A stretch of DNA of 64,000 bases from Candidatus Latescibacterota bacterium (GTDB lineage Bacteria > Latescibacterota > UBA2968 > UBA8231): contig OZ253462.1 of the NCBI GenBank assembly GCA_965261395.1, positions 5,568,001-5,632,000 on the forward strand, read 5' to 3'. Every line of letters starts with the position of its first letter. Within the stretch, counting starts at the first letter, position 1. Of the stretch, positions 23,027-32,405 are shown piece by piece. A program made the translations under genes and the position numbers. The notes under the pieces were generated by a model, which worked only from the letters and a program-made list of their open reading frames with translations, was not told where the DNA came from and made no database searches.

Positions 23027-23685
23027 ACAAGCGATTCTTGTGCCCTGGACCGCAGCCAAACGGAATCCAAGCCGCTCCCGACGGCCTGTGGGTCATCGAC
23101 CAAGCCGATAACAAAGTGTACAAGTTGGATTATGAAACCGGCGAGACCTTGTTCGCAGCCCAGACCGATACAGTCCACTCTAGCGGCATTACCGTGGGAG
23201 ATGGGTATCTGTGGATCGCCTCTACCTATGAGCTCAAAATCGCCAAACTAGAACTGGCAACGGGCCGCACCATCGCCAAATACGACTCGCCCGGTGCCGG
23301 CATCACAGCGCCTCGGGAGGGTATTGCAGACGCACGCACCACCGGCTCTCACGGCCTAGAATGGAAAGACGGCAAGCTGTATGTGGCCACGCCGCCTTCC
23401 CAAATGGTCCACGTCATGGGCCCCGACACCTGGGAAGAAGAACACCAATTTCGCACCCCCGGCTTTCGCAACCACGGCATCGCTTGGGGGCCGGATGGCA
23501 GGCTGTGGGTGGCCGACACCTCGGCCGGCACCGTCAGTCTGCTCGACACCAAGGATGGGCGGGTCTACGACGTCATTCGGGTGCCCGCCCCCGATGAGGT
23601 ACACGGATTGACCGCGCACCAAGGCGTCTTGTGGTACTGCGACGCCCACACCCGCGACATTGGCATCCTCGCATTGGAGGACTGA
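23002..23685 (+). CDS. Beta-propeller (NHL/Vgb/glutaminyl-cyclase-like) protein
   Basis: Repeated HG(L/I)xW..G.LW(V/I)AD blades; AGGAG RBS. Confidence 0.65.
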   Translation: MASNIAKVDKRFLCPGPQPNGIQAAPDGLWVIDQADNKVYKLDYETGETLFAAQTDTVHSSGITVGDGYLWIASTYELKIAKLELATGRTIAKYDSPGAGITAPREGIADARTTGSHGLEWKDGKLYVATPPSQMVHVMGPDTWEEEHQFRTPGFRNHGIAWGPDGRLWVADTSAGTVSLLDTKDGRVYDVIRVPAPDEVHGLTAHQGVLWYCDAHTRDIGILALED

Positions 23686-23739
23686 GTTTGCGGAGTATGG
23701 TAAAACTCTGATCGGTTCATTACCTATTTTTTAGCAGCA

Positions 23740-25401
23740 CTAGTTATCGTTGCGGGCCAAGTCGTCCCTAACTGCTTCTATTTTTTCCCGCAACTTGGCT
23801 AGAGCTTCAACGATATCTGGCCTTCTGCGAACCGGTCGTTCAAGCTCTTTCTGCCATTGCTCAAACTGCCGGAGGATGGTGTCGAAATGTCCCGAATTGC
23901 GCTTCAATACTTCATCTATAACCGTCAGCGTCGCACCCTTGCGGCTCGCATTAAGGCAGCAAACGGTCAGCATAAGGTCATCGCCTCCTAGGAGGTCGAG
24001 ATCCTGAGCGAGGCGTTCACTGTAGCCGGCATCGTGCGCCACGTTAGGTTCGGATGTATCTCCCTGTAAGACCGAATCGTCGAACACCATTGGATGCCGG
24101 GCGAATAACCGTCCGATGTGCGTCTCTATGCGCTCCGCCAAATGTGTCAACGATATTGTCAGCCAGCATTCCCGGGCTCCGTCGAACAATTCACGCCACA
24201 ATACTTTCGCTTTATCCGGTCGGCCATGCGATGGCGAAAGCAGCCAGTCGATACCCGATATTCCGATAGCTAGGAGGAATAAGGAAGGAGCAAGTGCGTC
24301 AGCATCATCCGTTTGGTTCCAGTGCTGGGCACGGCGTCGTTGCTCAATCAGCCGATTCCAGGATTGCCGCCATCGTTCGGCGGGTTCCTCTACATGCGCT
24401 AGCAGGTAACCGCAGCAGTTCACTGGCAGGTCACTGGTGCCGGAGTTCAGAAGGGATTCGACTTCGAAGGCTGGATCTCGCGACGCTAGTAAGGCATCGA
24501 GATAGTCAAGGAGCTTCTGCCCATCCTCGGTGGATGCATTGCCGATCATATGATCCATCAAAGCCATCATGGAAAGTGCTCCAAGGCGAGGCGGAGTTTT
24601 CTCATCGTCACATAACTCGGACCGCGCTGGCGCAAGTTCGCCAACGGCTGGAATCTCTGGAAAATCCACCAAGGCAGCGATTGTTCCGGCGGTAAGGCCC
24701 GCCTTGTAAAGACCGAGAGTAATCCATTCGATCAGATCATCCTGCCAGAGATATTCATGAGCCCGATCTCCAGCACGATCGCGACGCGCACGATCCAGAC
24801 GTTCGTCCTCGACTTTCATGAGCAGCCACTGAGGGCCGAGGAATTTGCCGTCCGGTCGGGCCATGACGACACGGCCAAGTTCTTCAAACCATGACGCAAA
24901 GATTTTCTTCATCTCCTCCCGGACTTCTGAGTCGTCATCGTCGAAGTTTTTCTCTTGATGCAATTCCTGCCATCGATCACGGCAATGCTCCTCGGCACTT
25001 TTCAGCACGAGTAAGGCCAACAAGCGGCCATTCCAAGATTGACCGTTCTCACTGCATCTCGGTGCTGCCTCCAGAGTGGCCGCGATCTCGTCACGATCAT
25101 GCAGGATCGTGTTGTGCCTGAGAACTTGGCGTATGGGATGTGGGAAATCGAAACGGTCTAATCGACCTAGGATAGCAGCCTTGTCTGTCGGTAGAAAGCC
25201 TGGGAGAAAGTCTAGTACATCATAATGGACTGGAAACGGATCTCCTTGAGCTTGCCACAACTCATTGATCGACGGACTCGAACGCCATGCCTCAACAGAC
25301 GCATTGAAGGCATCTCGGTCCCCCGCATAGGTCCCGATCCCCGGATTGGCATTAATGTCCCTGATCTTAGCCTCCAGATCCGATAGTATTGAATCACGCA
25401 T
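23740..25401 (-). CDS. Hypothetical protein, third gene of the low-GC cassette
   Basis: Long ORF (about 553 aa from ATG 25401, which overlaps the upstream stop and has GGAG upstream); no motif recognised; helical-looking composition. Confidence 0.75.
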   Translation of the reverse strand: MRDSILSDLEAKIRDINANPGIGTYAGDRDAFNASVEAWRSSPSINELWQAQGDPFPVHYDVLDFLPGFLPTDKAAILGRLDRFDFPHPIRQVLRHNTILHDRDEIAATLEAAPRCSENGQSWNGRLLALLVLKSAEEHCRDRWQELHQEKNFDDDDSEVREEMKKIFASWFEELGRVVMARPDGKFLGPQWLLMKVEDERLDRARRDRAGDRAHEYLWQDDLIEWITLGLYKAGLTAGTIAALVDFPEIPAVGELAPARSELCDDEKTPPRLGALSMMALMDHMIGNASTEDGQKLLDYLDALLASRDPAFEVESLLNSGTSDLPVNCCGYLLAHVEEPAERWRQSWNRLIEQRRRAQHWNQTDDADALAPSLFLLAIGISGIDWLLSPSHGRPDKAKVLWRELFDGARECWLTISLTHLAERIETHIGRLFARHPMVFDDSVLQGDTSEPNVAHDAGYSERLAQDLDLLGGDDLMLTVCCLNASRKGATLTVIDEVLKRNSGHFDTILRQFEQWQKELERPVRRRPDIVEALAKLREKIEAVRDDLARNDN

Positions 25402-26032
25402 GACATGATCTCCAACATTCATCGAAAAACTTCATCGCCTTTGTTCTAGTTACGGACCACGGTCCGCTCGCAGCGGTCAATCCCGGATGCCCTCCGCCGA
25501 CAGTTGAACCGAAATGCCAGAGGCCTCCGTCAACGATGGCGAAGCGATCGTGCAGAAACGGGAAAATGTGTTTGTCGAGGGTCGCCCTCCACAGAACCTC
25601 CATCTGAGGGCGATTTCGGTACAGGTTGCAATACTGCGTAAGCTCTTTTCTCTTTCGTTCCCTCTCCTTCCTCTCGATGTCGCCTCGACCAGTAAGCAGG
25701 CGCACGTCGCTTGCCTGACTGTTCGATATTGCGTCTTCTATGGCATGGAAGCCAACTATGTCAAAATGCAGATCTAGCACCAGAATACAAACTTCCGCTT
25801 TCATCACCGCCTCTTCGAATTCAACCAATTTAAGAACCGTGCCGTTCCTAGGTGCCTCATATCGTTCGTGGACATCCTGCCTGTTAGGGAAAAAGGGGGT
25901 GTCTTGATTTTCGATGCCCTTCCCATATTTGATCGATGGCCATAACAGTTGCGGCTTAACCGATGGCTCAGGAAGCTCCGGCACCAGAAATTCATCATGG
26001 ACATCCGTGGGCGGTCGTAGTATAGCGCTCAT
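25394..26032 (-). CDS. PLD-like (HDRF variant) single-domain protein
   Basis: ILVLDLHF...VRLLT...LHDRFAIVDGGLWHFGSTVG matches the HxK/R-x4-D-x6-GS PLD-fold pattern; ATGA coupling to the upstream gene. Confidence 0.7.
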   Translation of the reverse strand: MSAILRPPTDVHDEFLVPELPEPSVKPQLLWPSIKYGKGIENQDTPFFPNRQDVHERYEAPRNGTVLKLVEFEEAVMKAEVCILVLDLHFDIVGFHAIEDAISNSQASDVRLLTGRGDIERKERERKRKELTQYCNLYRNRPQMEVLWRATLDKHIFPFLHDRFAIVDGGLWHFGSTVGGGHPGLTAASGPWSVTRTKAMKFFDECWRSCHA

Positions 26033-27605
26033 CGGTAGCGGATAAATCCCATCAGACGGTTAACCCATACTCGGAGAGTCTTTTTCCAGGATGCCTCCGG
26101 TACCGGTCGATTGGATAACCAGTCGGAAAGGGAGGGTGCATCGCCCCAGAAGGCTTCGAGGCACACGATAACCGGTTCTGGATCGGGCAGCCTGACGATC
26201 ATTCCTGCGCGTTCGCCTATCGTGTGTAGGGAGTTCCCGGAAAACCAAACGGTCCCGTCAACAACCAAGAATCGGTCATGCACAGGAGGCGGGTCGCCTG
26301 TGAGGATGCGAACCTCTGGCTTTGTAGGATAGGACTCAAAGGTGCGGTCAAGGATAGCTAACAGTTGAGATCCAGAGTTGGCGTCAATAGCCAAGGTCGA
26401 AGTCAGAATCCGCAAATCTATGTCAGGCCGGGAAACTGCATGACCAAAGGCGAGCAGTTCTCGGCCGGCGAAATAAGGATCGACGATGAGAACCGTGTCT
26501 CGAGCACTACCTATTTTCTGTCGTATATATTGCGCTGCCTCGCTTGGTACATTGTGAAACCATTGCTGGTCGTAGTCTTTCGCAGCCTGACGGCGTGCCC
26601 GCTGATTCTCCGCCTCGGTAAGCCGCGAGACGATGTCAGCATCCTCCAATGCGTCGCCGATGGTTATCTTCCTTTCCTCTTCAAATTCATCCGCTTTGTA
26701 CTTGTACCCGGGCCGCTTGCGACCATCAACAGGGACATGAACCATCTTTTCGCGTCGGTGCAATTCCATTGTCATATGAATGGCCCTAAGGACTGGCTGA
26801 GGTTCGTGCCAGACCAGCAGGCCATATTTGGGATGCGTGATCGACCTCCCTTCCTTGTAGACTTTAGCCAAAAAGTCGAGAACCGCGATCGCATCATTAC
26901 CAAACTTGTGGATAAGCGTCATCCGTCCACGCAGACGTTCATTGACAATCTCCAAACGCAATCCGTCGAGGCATTGACCTTGTCGGGCCACGAGTTTATA
27001 TGCCACGGTTTCGGCCGCACCCTTCCTTGCCTGCTCAAAGTGGGATTTCTCGACTGACCGGAACAAGGGATTCGGAGCGACTAGACATATTGCGCCTTGA
27101 TAATCATAATATGCCTCGACGATATCGAAATTGAGCCACTCCTCCAACTTTGTCCGGTTTTTGTCCATTCCGATAATCGCGCTGACCTCTGGAGATAGGA
27201 CATCTTTCGGGAACAAGAAATGAGTGCGCGAATCCTGCATCCAGTCAGGTGCGAAAGCTAATTCGTTCGACGTGACAAAGTGAGGCCATGGTGGTTCCGG
27301 CTCGAACGGGCCACCTTCCAACTTCGCACCATCTCCCGATGTTGAGTGATTCGGATCGAGTGGAAGAACGATGTTGCCGTCGGCCATCTTCCGGTACCAG
27401 TCGATTGCATCCTCGACAGGCAGGACGAAACGTCGATAGTAGAGATATTTGCGGCCTTTGTTCCCGACGCGAAAGCCTTTCGGTGGGCAGCCTATGGCGT
27501 CGGGAAACTCATTCGGTCGCAATTCAACCATGCCGAACAGCAAATACCGAACTTGATCATCGCGGAACCAAGCAAGATGTATGATTGCCTGACGATATCC
27601 AGTGA

Positions 27606-28535
27606 GAAGCCGTCTGAAAACCCTCTGATGTAGCCGAATTTGAAAGGGCGTACTCATCGAGCCATATTCAGGTTTCACCACAAAATCTGAACAGAAAGGC
27701 TTGTATAATGAGTACGCCGCGTAGGCAATATGCCACCGATCTAACCGATGGACAATGGCAGCGGATCGAACCGTTGCTGCCCGCGCCGCGCTGGCGGCTT
27801 CACGGTCCGGGTCGGCCGCCGCGGGATCGACGCCAAATCGTCAACGGCCTTTTATATTTGAACAAGACGGGGTGTCCTTGGGCTTTGTTGCCTGCTTGTT
27901 TTGGGCCGTGGAAAACGGGGTATGATTACTTTCGTCGCTGGAGCCTGCAAGGGGTCTGGCCGCCGGTGTTGGATCGGTTGACCAAGCGGGAACGCCGCCA
28001 GAGCGGCCGGGCGGCGATGCCGTCGGCTGGCTGCGTCGATAGTCAGACGATTAAGACCGCAACGCATGGTAAAACAACCGGGTATGACGCCGGTAAAAAG
28101 ATCAAAGGCCGCAAACGGCATTTGTTGGTGGACACGTCGGGTTTGCTTCGACAGGTGGTGGTCACCGCCGCCGATGTCGATGATCGAGAGGGTTTGAAGC
28201 AGGTGTTGACCCGCTTGAAGGCCGCCGGAGTGGCTCGGTTACGCAAGCTGTGGGTTGATGGCGGCTACCAAGGCGAGGCCATCCGAACGTGGGTGGCCAA
28301 CCAAAAAAAGACGCACAAAATAGACTTGGAAGTCGTCGCCAAACAAGGCTCCGGATTTACCCTAGTTAAACGCCGGTGGGTCGTCGAGCGCACCTTGGCG
28401 TGGTTGATGAATTTTCGCCGACATGCGAGAGATTATGAGGTCTTGACCCGCCATAGTGAAGCCTTGATCCAGATTGCCATGATCCACTTGCTACTTAAAC
28501 GAATCAAATGAAAATTAGAGTTTTCAGACGGCTTC
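27606..28535 (+). mobile_element. IS5-family insertion sequence (IS1031-like), 930 bp
   Basis: Perfect 16-bp terminal IRs GAAGCCGTCTGAAAAC / GTTTTCAGACGGCTTC, TGA/TTA flanks, single transposase. Confidence 0.92.
27708..28511 (+). CDS. IS5-family transposase
   Basis: YATDLTDGQW N-terminus, VDSQTIK, GYDAGKKIKGRKRH, WVDGGY and RWVVERT DDE motifs. Confidence 0.95.
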   Translation: MSTPRRQYATDLTDGQWQRIEPLLPAPRWRLHGPGRPPRDRRQIVNGLLYLNKTGCPWALLPACFGPWKTGYDYFRRWSLQGVWPPVLDRLTKRERRQSGRAAMPSAGCVDSQTIKTATHGKTTGYDAGKKIKGRKRHLLVDTSGLLRQVVVTAADVDDREGLKQVLTRLKAAGVARLRKLWVDGGYQGEAIRTWVANQKKTHKIDLEVVAKQGSGFTLVKRRWVVERTLAWLMNFRRHARDYEVLTRHSEALIQIAMIHLLLKRIK

Positions 28536-28585
28536 TTAGATCCATGACCGTCTCCTCGCGGATTTGTATCTAAAAATTCAGTCTT

Positions 28586-30172
28586 TCACCGGACCAGCAT
28601 CAACCGGCGCGTCCGCATTTCCCCGCCGACCTTCAGCACGGCCCAATACGCCCCGCTAGCCGCGCGCTCACCGCTCCAATGCGCCAAGTGCTTCCCGGCC
28701 TTGAGCCGCTCCTCCATCAAAAGGGCCATGCGCTGGCCCAAGGCATTGTATATCGCCAGCTCGACGTCCGCTTCCCTTGCCAAGTGAAAGGGCAGGTTCA
28801 CCGCGCTGTTGGCCGGGTTCGGATAAGCCGGCTCCAAGTTGCTGGCCCCGGCTCGCTCCTCTGTCTGCATGGCTACGACTGTAGGCGTAACATACCGGGC
28901 CGCGAGGGCAAAATTCCCACCCGCCGACGAGGCTCTGCCGACGATGACCGCCGCGCTATCTACGTCCGCAGCCTGCACCTGCCCTGCGTTGTCCGCGCGA
29001 AGTTCCATCGCGATCAGCTCGCCGCGCTGGCCGCGCATGGCGTACACCCACACGGCATAGTCCCCCTCGGCCGCGCCGGCGAAATCAACGGCTACATCGC
29101 CCTCAGAGCGAATGACCACATTGGCCGCGCCCCATTGGCTGCCAACCTCACCGGCCAGTTCCGCGAAGGGCACCTCGGGTGCGGCAACCGCAGCGGCGCG
29201 GCGGCCGCGCAGAGCCTCGTACCCAGCCGCGTAGTTGGCCGCGATCCACAAACGCCACGCACCCGCGTAGTTCTCGACCCAGCTTTGGTTCTTAAAGGCG
29301 TCGTCAATGCCCAAAATGCCGTTGCGCGGCTCGGCGACGATTTGGCGAATCAGCCCCGGACCATAGTGCTCGGCTAAAAAAGAGGCGAACAGATAGGTCT
29401 TGCCGTAGCTCGCCGAATTAGACACCCAGTGCGTTAGATTGATGCTGGGATCCGCGAGAAAACTCGGCACCATGCTCGGGTCGGCCTCGGGGAAACCGAC
29501 TAGCTCCTCGGCGTACCCAGAAAGTCCCTCGTCGATCCATTCCTCCTCGTCGGAATCGCGGCCCCAATGGATGAGGTGCTGAAATTCGTGCGCTAAGGTC
29601 GCGTGGGCGAGGTAGGCGCTGAAGGCCAGCTTGCTCGCGTCGAGATAGACCGTATCGCGCCGCAGTTCGGGCAGCAGTACTTCATACACATTACCGTCAA
29701 AATAGCCGACTATGTTCTCGCCTGGCAGGTCCAAAATCAGAATGAAGATGCGGGGATCGCCGTCCTCATCGGCAGGCTCGCCAAAAGCATCGACCGCTAT
29801 TTCAAATACTCCGCGCTCGGGATCAGTCGGAGTCGCCGCGTCGAAAAGCGCGCCCAGCTTATCCACATCCGGCTGGGCCGCGATAATGTCCCACTGGCTT
29901 TCCTCGACGAAGATATAGCAGTGCGTTCCCTTGTAGCGGCAGGTAGCGAACTTGAGCACAGGTTCGAGCGGCGCGTAAAAGGCGAGCTGAGTCCCCACTT
30001 CAATGGGGCCTAGCTCTTGACTTGCGCCGACTGCCTTGACGGCTGGCGCAGGGAAAGACGCGCGGTTCTGCTCAAGCCAGCGAGTCCCGCATATCCGCTC
30101 TTCGGCTGCGACTGCCAGCGGCAGCGAGAGCATCCACGCGGTTAAGGCAACCCGCGGAAAAAAGCAGGCCAT
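28586..30172 (-). CDS. Secreted HEXXH metallopeptidase (M30/M6-like) with T9SS-type C-terminal domain
   Basis: Start re-called at 30172 (TGATG overlap); signal peptide, ICGT, AHEFQHLIH...WIDEGLS and CTD AYPNP...IYNALGQ...SGAY...RRLMLVR. Confidence 0.8.
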   Translation of the reverse strand: MACFFPRVALTAWMLSLPLAVAAEERICGTRWLEQNRASFPAPAVKAVGASQELGPIEVGTQLAFYAPLEPVLKFATCRYKGTHCYIFVEESQWDIIAAQPDVDKLGALFDAATPTDPERGVFEIAVDAFGEPADEDGDPRIFILILDLPGENIVGYFDGNVYEVLLPELRRDTVYLDASKLAFSAYLAHATLAHEFQHLIHWGRDSDEEEWIDEGLSGYAEELVGFPEADPSMVPSFLADPSINLTHWVSNSASYGKTYLFASFLAEHYGPGLIRQIVAEPRNGILGIDDAFKNQSWVENYAGAWRLWIAANYAAGYEALRGRRAAAVAAPEVPFAELAGEVGSQWGAANVVIRSEGDVAVDFAGAAEGDYAVWVYAMRGQRGELIAMELRADNAGQVQAADVDSAAVIVGRASSAGGNFALAARYVTPTVVAMQTEERAGASNLEPAYPNPANSAVNLPFHLAREADVELAIYNALGQRMALLMEERLKAGKHLAHWSGERAASGAYWAVLKVGGEMRTRRLMLVR

Positions 30173-30777
30173 CAGTAGAAATGCCGCACCAAGAAGAACG
30201 CCGCTCCCGCAGGCCCCACCGCCACCTTGGGCGCGAAGCCGGTCTGAGCTTGATCCGCGCGAGCCACCCGCGCCGCATGGATGGCGGACACGAGGTGATT
30301 GACGACCACCAATCCCGTCATATAGAGCGCCTGCCGTTGCGTGTGCTGGCTTGCATTGCGCAATTCGCGGTAGCGCTGGCGCGACTCGTCGCGATCCCAT
30401 TCCCAGAAGAAGTCCGCGTCCACAGGATAGAGCTCGGCGTCAGGGCCGTCCTTGTAGCGGGCGAACTGGTTGTGCTCCAGCCGGCTCGCATAAAACCCCA
30501 AGTCGTCGAAATAGGCGCGCCCCTTGCCCTCGGGCCGCGCACCCGCTCGTTCCGCCGCATGCGCCTGGTACTGATCGCGGCGCACTTGGCCCAACCACTC
30601 AAAGCCATAATAGCCCCCCCAAAGCGCTAACTCAGCGGCCAAAAAGCTACCGCCGCCGCCTCGGGCGTATTTCTGCCCCCAACCGGGTACCAGCAAGGAG
30701 CGCCAAAACGCCCCTTGGGACTTCCCGGCCTCAGCCACGCCGGGCAGCAGCAAAACCAACGCAATCCATCGCCACAT
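30172..30777 (-). CDS. DUF5683-like secreted or membrane protein
   Basis: Signal peptide from ATG 30777, RSLLVPGWGQKY and VVVNHLVSAIHA motifs. Confidence 0.6.
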   Translation of the reverse strand: MWRWIALVLLLPGVAEAGKSQGAFWRSLLVPGWGQKYARGGGGSFLAAELALWGGYYGFEWLGQVRRDQYQAHAAERAGARPEGKGRAYFDDLGFYASRLEHNQFARYKDGPDAELYPVDADFFWEWDRDESRQRYRELRNASQHTQRQALYMTGLVVVNHLVSAIHAARVARADQAQTGFAPKVAVGPAGAAFFLVRHFY

Positions 30778-30781
30778 CAGC

Positions 30782-31711
30782 TCAATCCAACGGTTTGTAC
30801 GCCATGAGCATGGGCACGCGCGCCCGCACCCAAGGCTGCATGACCAACGCAAAGCGCGTCCGCCGCCGCAAGGCCGCTTCGTCGGCACCCTCAGCGCGCG
30901 CCCGCGCCACCCGCGCCGCATCAATGGCGCTGATAACGTGGTTGATCAGGATGACCCCGCTTACCGTGGAGGCTCGCTTGAGAAAGCGATTGCTCTCGTC
31001 GCGCTGGTCTTCGTAGCGGAGCCGTCGCTCGGAATGGAAATTTTCGACCGAATCGACTTCGGTTGGCGCGACGGCATTGCCGGTACTGCGCCTCACTAGA
31101 TCGGTCCAACCGGATGCGAATTGGTCGTATTTGCCAAGTAGCTCGTAGTATTGCTGAATCTGGCTAGACTCGCACCCGCCAAAGGCCGCACTCCCCAACC
31201 CACTTGTTTGCTGCTGCTGCATCCACTCGTTTCGCGCCGGAATGTACACATTGACGACCTCGCTACTACAAGGTAGCGCATGCGTGATCGAGGAATTGTT
31301 CGAGATCGTCGAGCCGCGCCAAACCAAGTAGTTGAGCGGATCCCAGTGTTCGTCGGCCACCGCCCGGAACTCTTCCTCTACATCGTTGCCCTTGTCCTTC
31401 CAAGCCGCCCACATGCCTACCAGCGCGGCTTCGGCCCCGAAAAAAGCTAACGCCCGCTTCTTCGACCCCGCATACCACTCGCCCAACCCCGGCACCAGCG
31501 CGGAAAGCAAAAACGCCCGCTTTGACGACTTGCCCTTGCGCGTCTCTGTGCGCGGCATCGGTGCCGGCTCAGGATCAGCATCGCCTTCCACCGCCCGCAA
31601 TCCCACCAAGAACGCCTGTCCCTCCTCGCTCAAAATACTCGGCAATCCCTCGGCCCGGACGCCGGCGGCGGCTAGCACGGCAACCACCAGCGCGATTCCT
31701 GTCCTCGTCAT
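30782..31711 (-). CDS. DUF5683-like secreted or membrane protein (paralog)
   Basis: Signal peptide, LSALVPGLGEWY, QQYYELLGKYDQFASGW and ILINHVISAIDA motifs. Confidence 0.6.
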   Translation of the reverse strand: MTRTGIALVVAVLAAAGVRAEGLPSILSEEGQAFLVGLRAVEGDADPEPAPMPRTETRKGKSSKRAFLLSALVPGLGEWYAGSKKRALAFFGAEAALVGMWAAWKDKGNDVEEEFRAVADEHWDPLNYLVWRGSTISNNSSITHALPCSSEVVNVYIPARNEWMQQQQTSGLGSAAFGGCESSQIQQYYELLGKYDQFASGWTDLVRRSTGNAVAPTEVDSVENFHSERRLRYEDQRDESNRFLKRASTVSGVILINHVISAIDAARVARARAEGADEAALRRRTRFALVMQPWVRARVPMLMAYKPLD

Positions 31712-31751
31712 GCTTGCTCCTTTCTATTGCGGCAGCACCCAATCATCATCT

Positions 31752-32379
31752 CTACCTCCTCTGCATCACGACAATGCGGTTCGAATTAGTTCCGCGCTTG
31801 TTGTTGTCAACGCCCCACATATTCGAGGTCTTGGTAAACGTCTGTTCGTTGATTACGACGCAGACCGGTTTCCACGCCGTCTCTTGCGCAACCTCGGCAA
31901 CCACGCGATCGAGCAACAGCGATCCCCGCCGGATTTCGCCCACCTCAAATGCAAACACCCCACCAGGGTGCGCTATCCTCGGGCAGGGCCGGCGGGTCCA
32001 ACCGCGCCTCCACGAGAACGCGGGACAGGGGATTGACGTCGTTGCCGATCACGTCCCGGCCGAGCAAGACCGCTTCGAGCAATGTCGTCCCACGCCCCAT
32101 AAACGGGTCGAACACCACGTCGCCGGGGTCCGTCAGCCGCTCGATGAAAAAGCGCGGCAACTGCGGCTTAAAACACGCCCGATAGGAAACCTCGTGCAGC
32201 GAGTGCGCGGCGCGTTGCTTGGACGTCCAGAACTCATTGGCGAATACGGGAATGCCGTCGCATTCTTCAACGACCGTCTCCTTGTCGTAGCGCCGCCATT
32301 GTTCAAGCTCGCGTTTGAACTCGTCGAGCACCAGACAACCCTTACCAATAGAAGGGAACTGGTGTTGCAATTGTCGCAA
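31752..32379 (-). pseudogene. DNA amino-methyltransferase remnant with internal deletion
   Basis: N-part YRACFKPQLPRFFI...DPFMGRGTT...GNDVNP (SAM motif I) is joined out of frame near 31970 to a C-part (HPGGVFAFEVGE...GTNSNRIV); no S/DPPY catalytic motif is present. Confidence 0.7.
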
Positions 32380-32405
32380 TGTGCGCCCCTAACAATCTGC
32401 GTCCC

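Larger units (their letters stand above)
26029..28545 (-). pseudogene. Protein with C-terminal HDRF/PLD-like domain (VPA1262-like from memory), interrupted at codon 3 by an IS5 element
   Basis: C-terminal IVDPYF...RILTS...VHDRFLVVDGTVWFSGNS. The native AGGAG+ATG GAT CT at 28545 rejoins in frame (MDLTGYRQAII) when IS 27606-28535 is removed. Confidence 0.75.

Noticed and set aside
27606-27681. ORF-track start (MVKPEYGS...) as the native start of the 550-aa gene
   Set aside because: It lies inside the IS5 left end; the native RBS and ATG are at 28545
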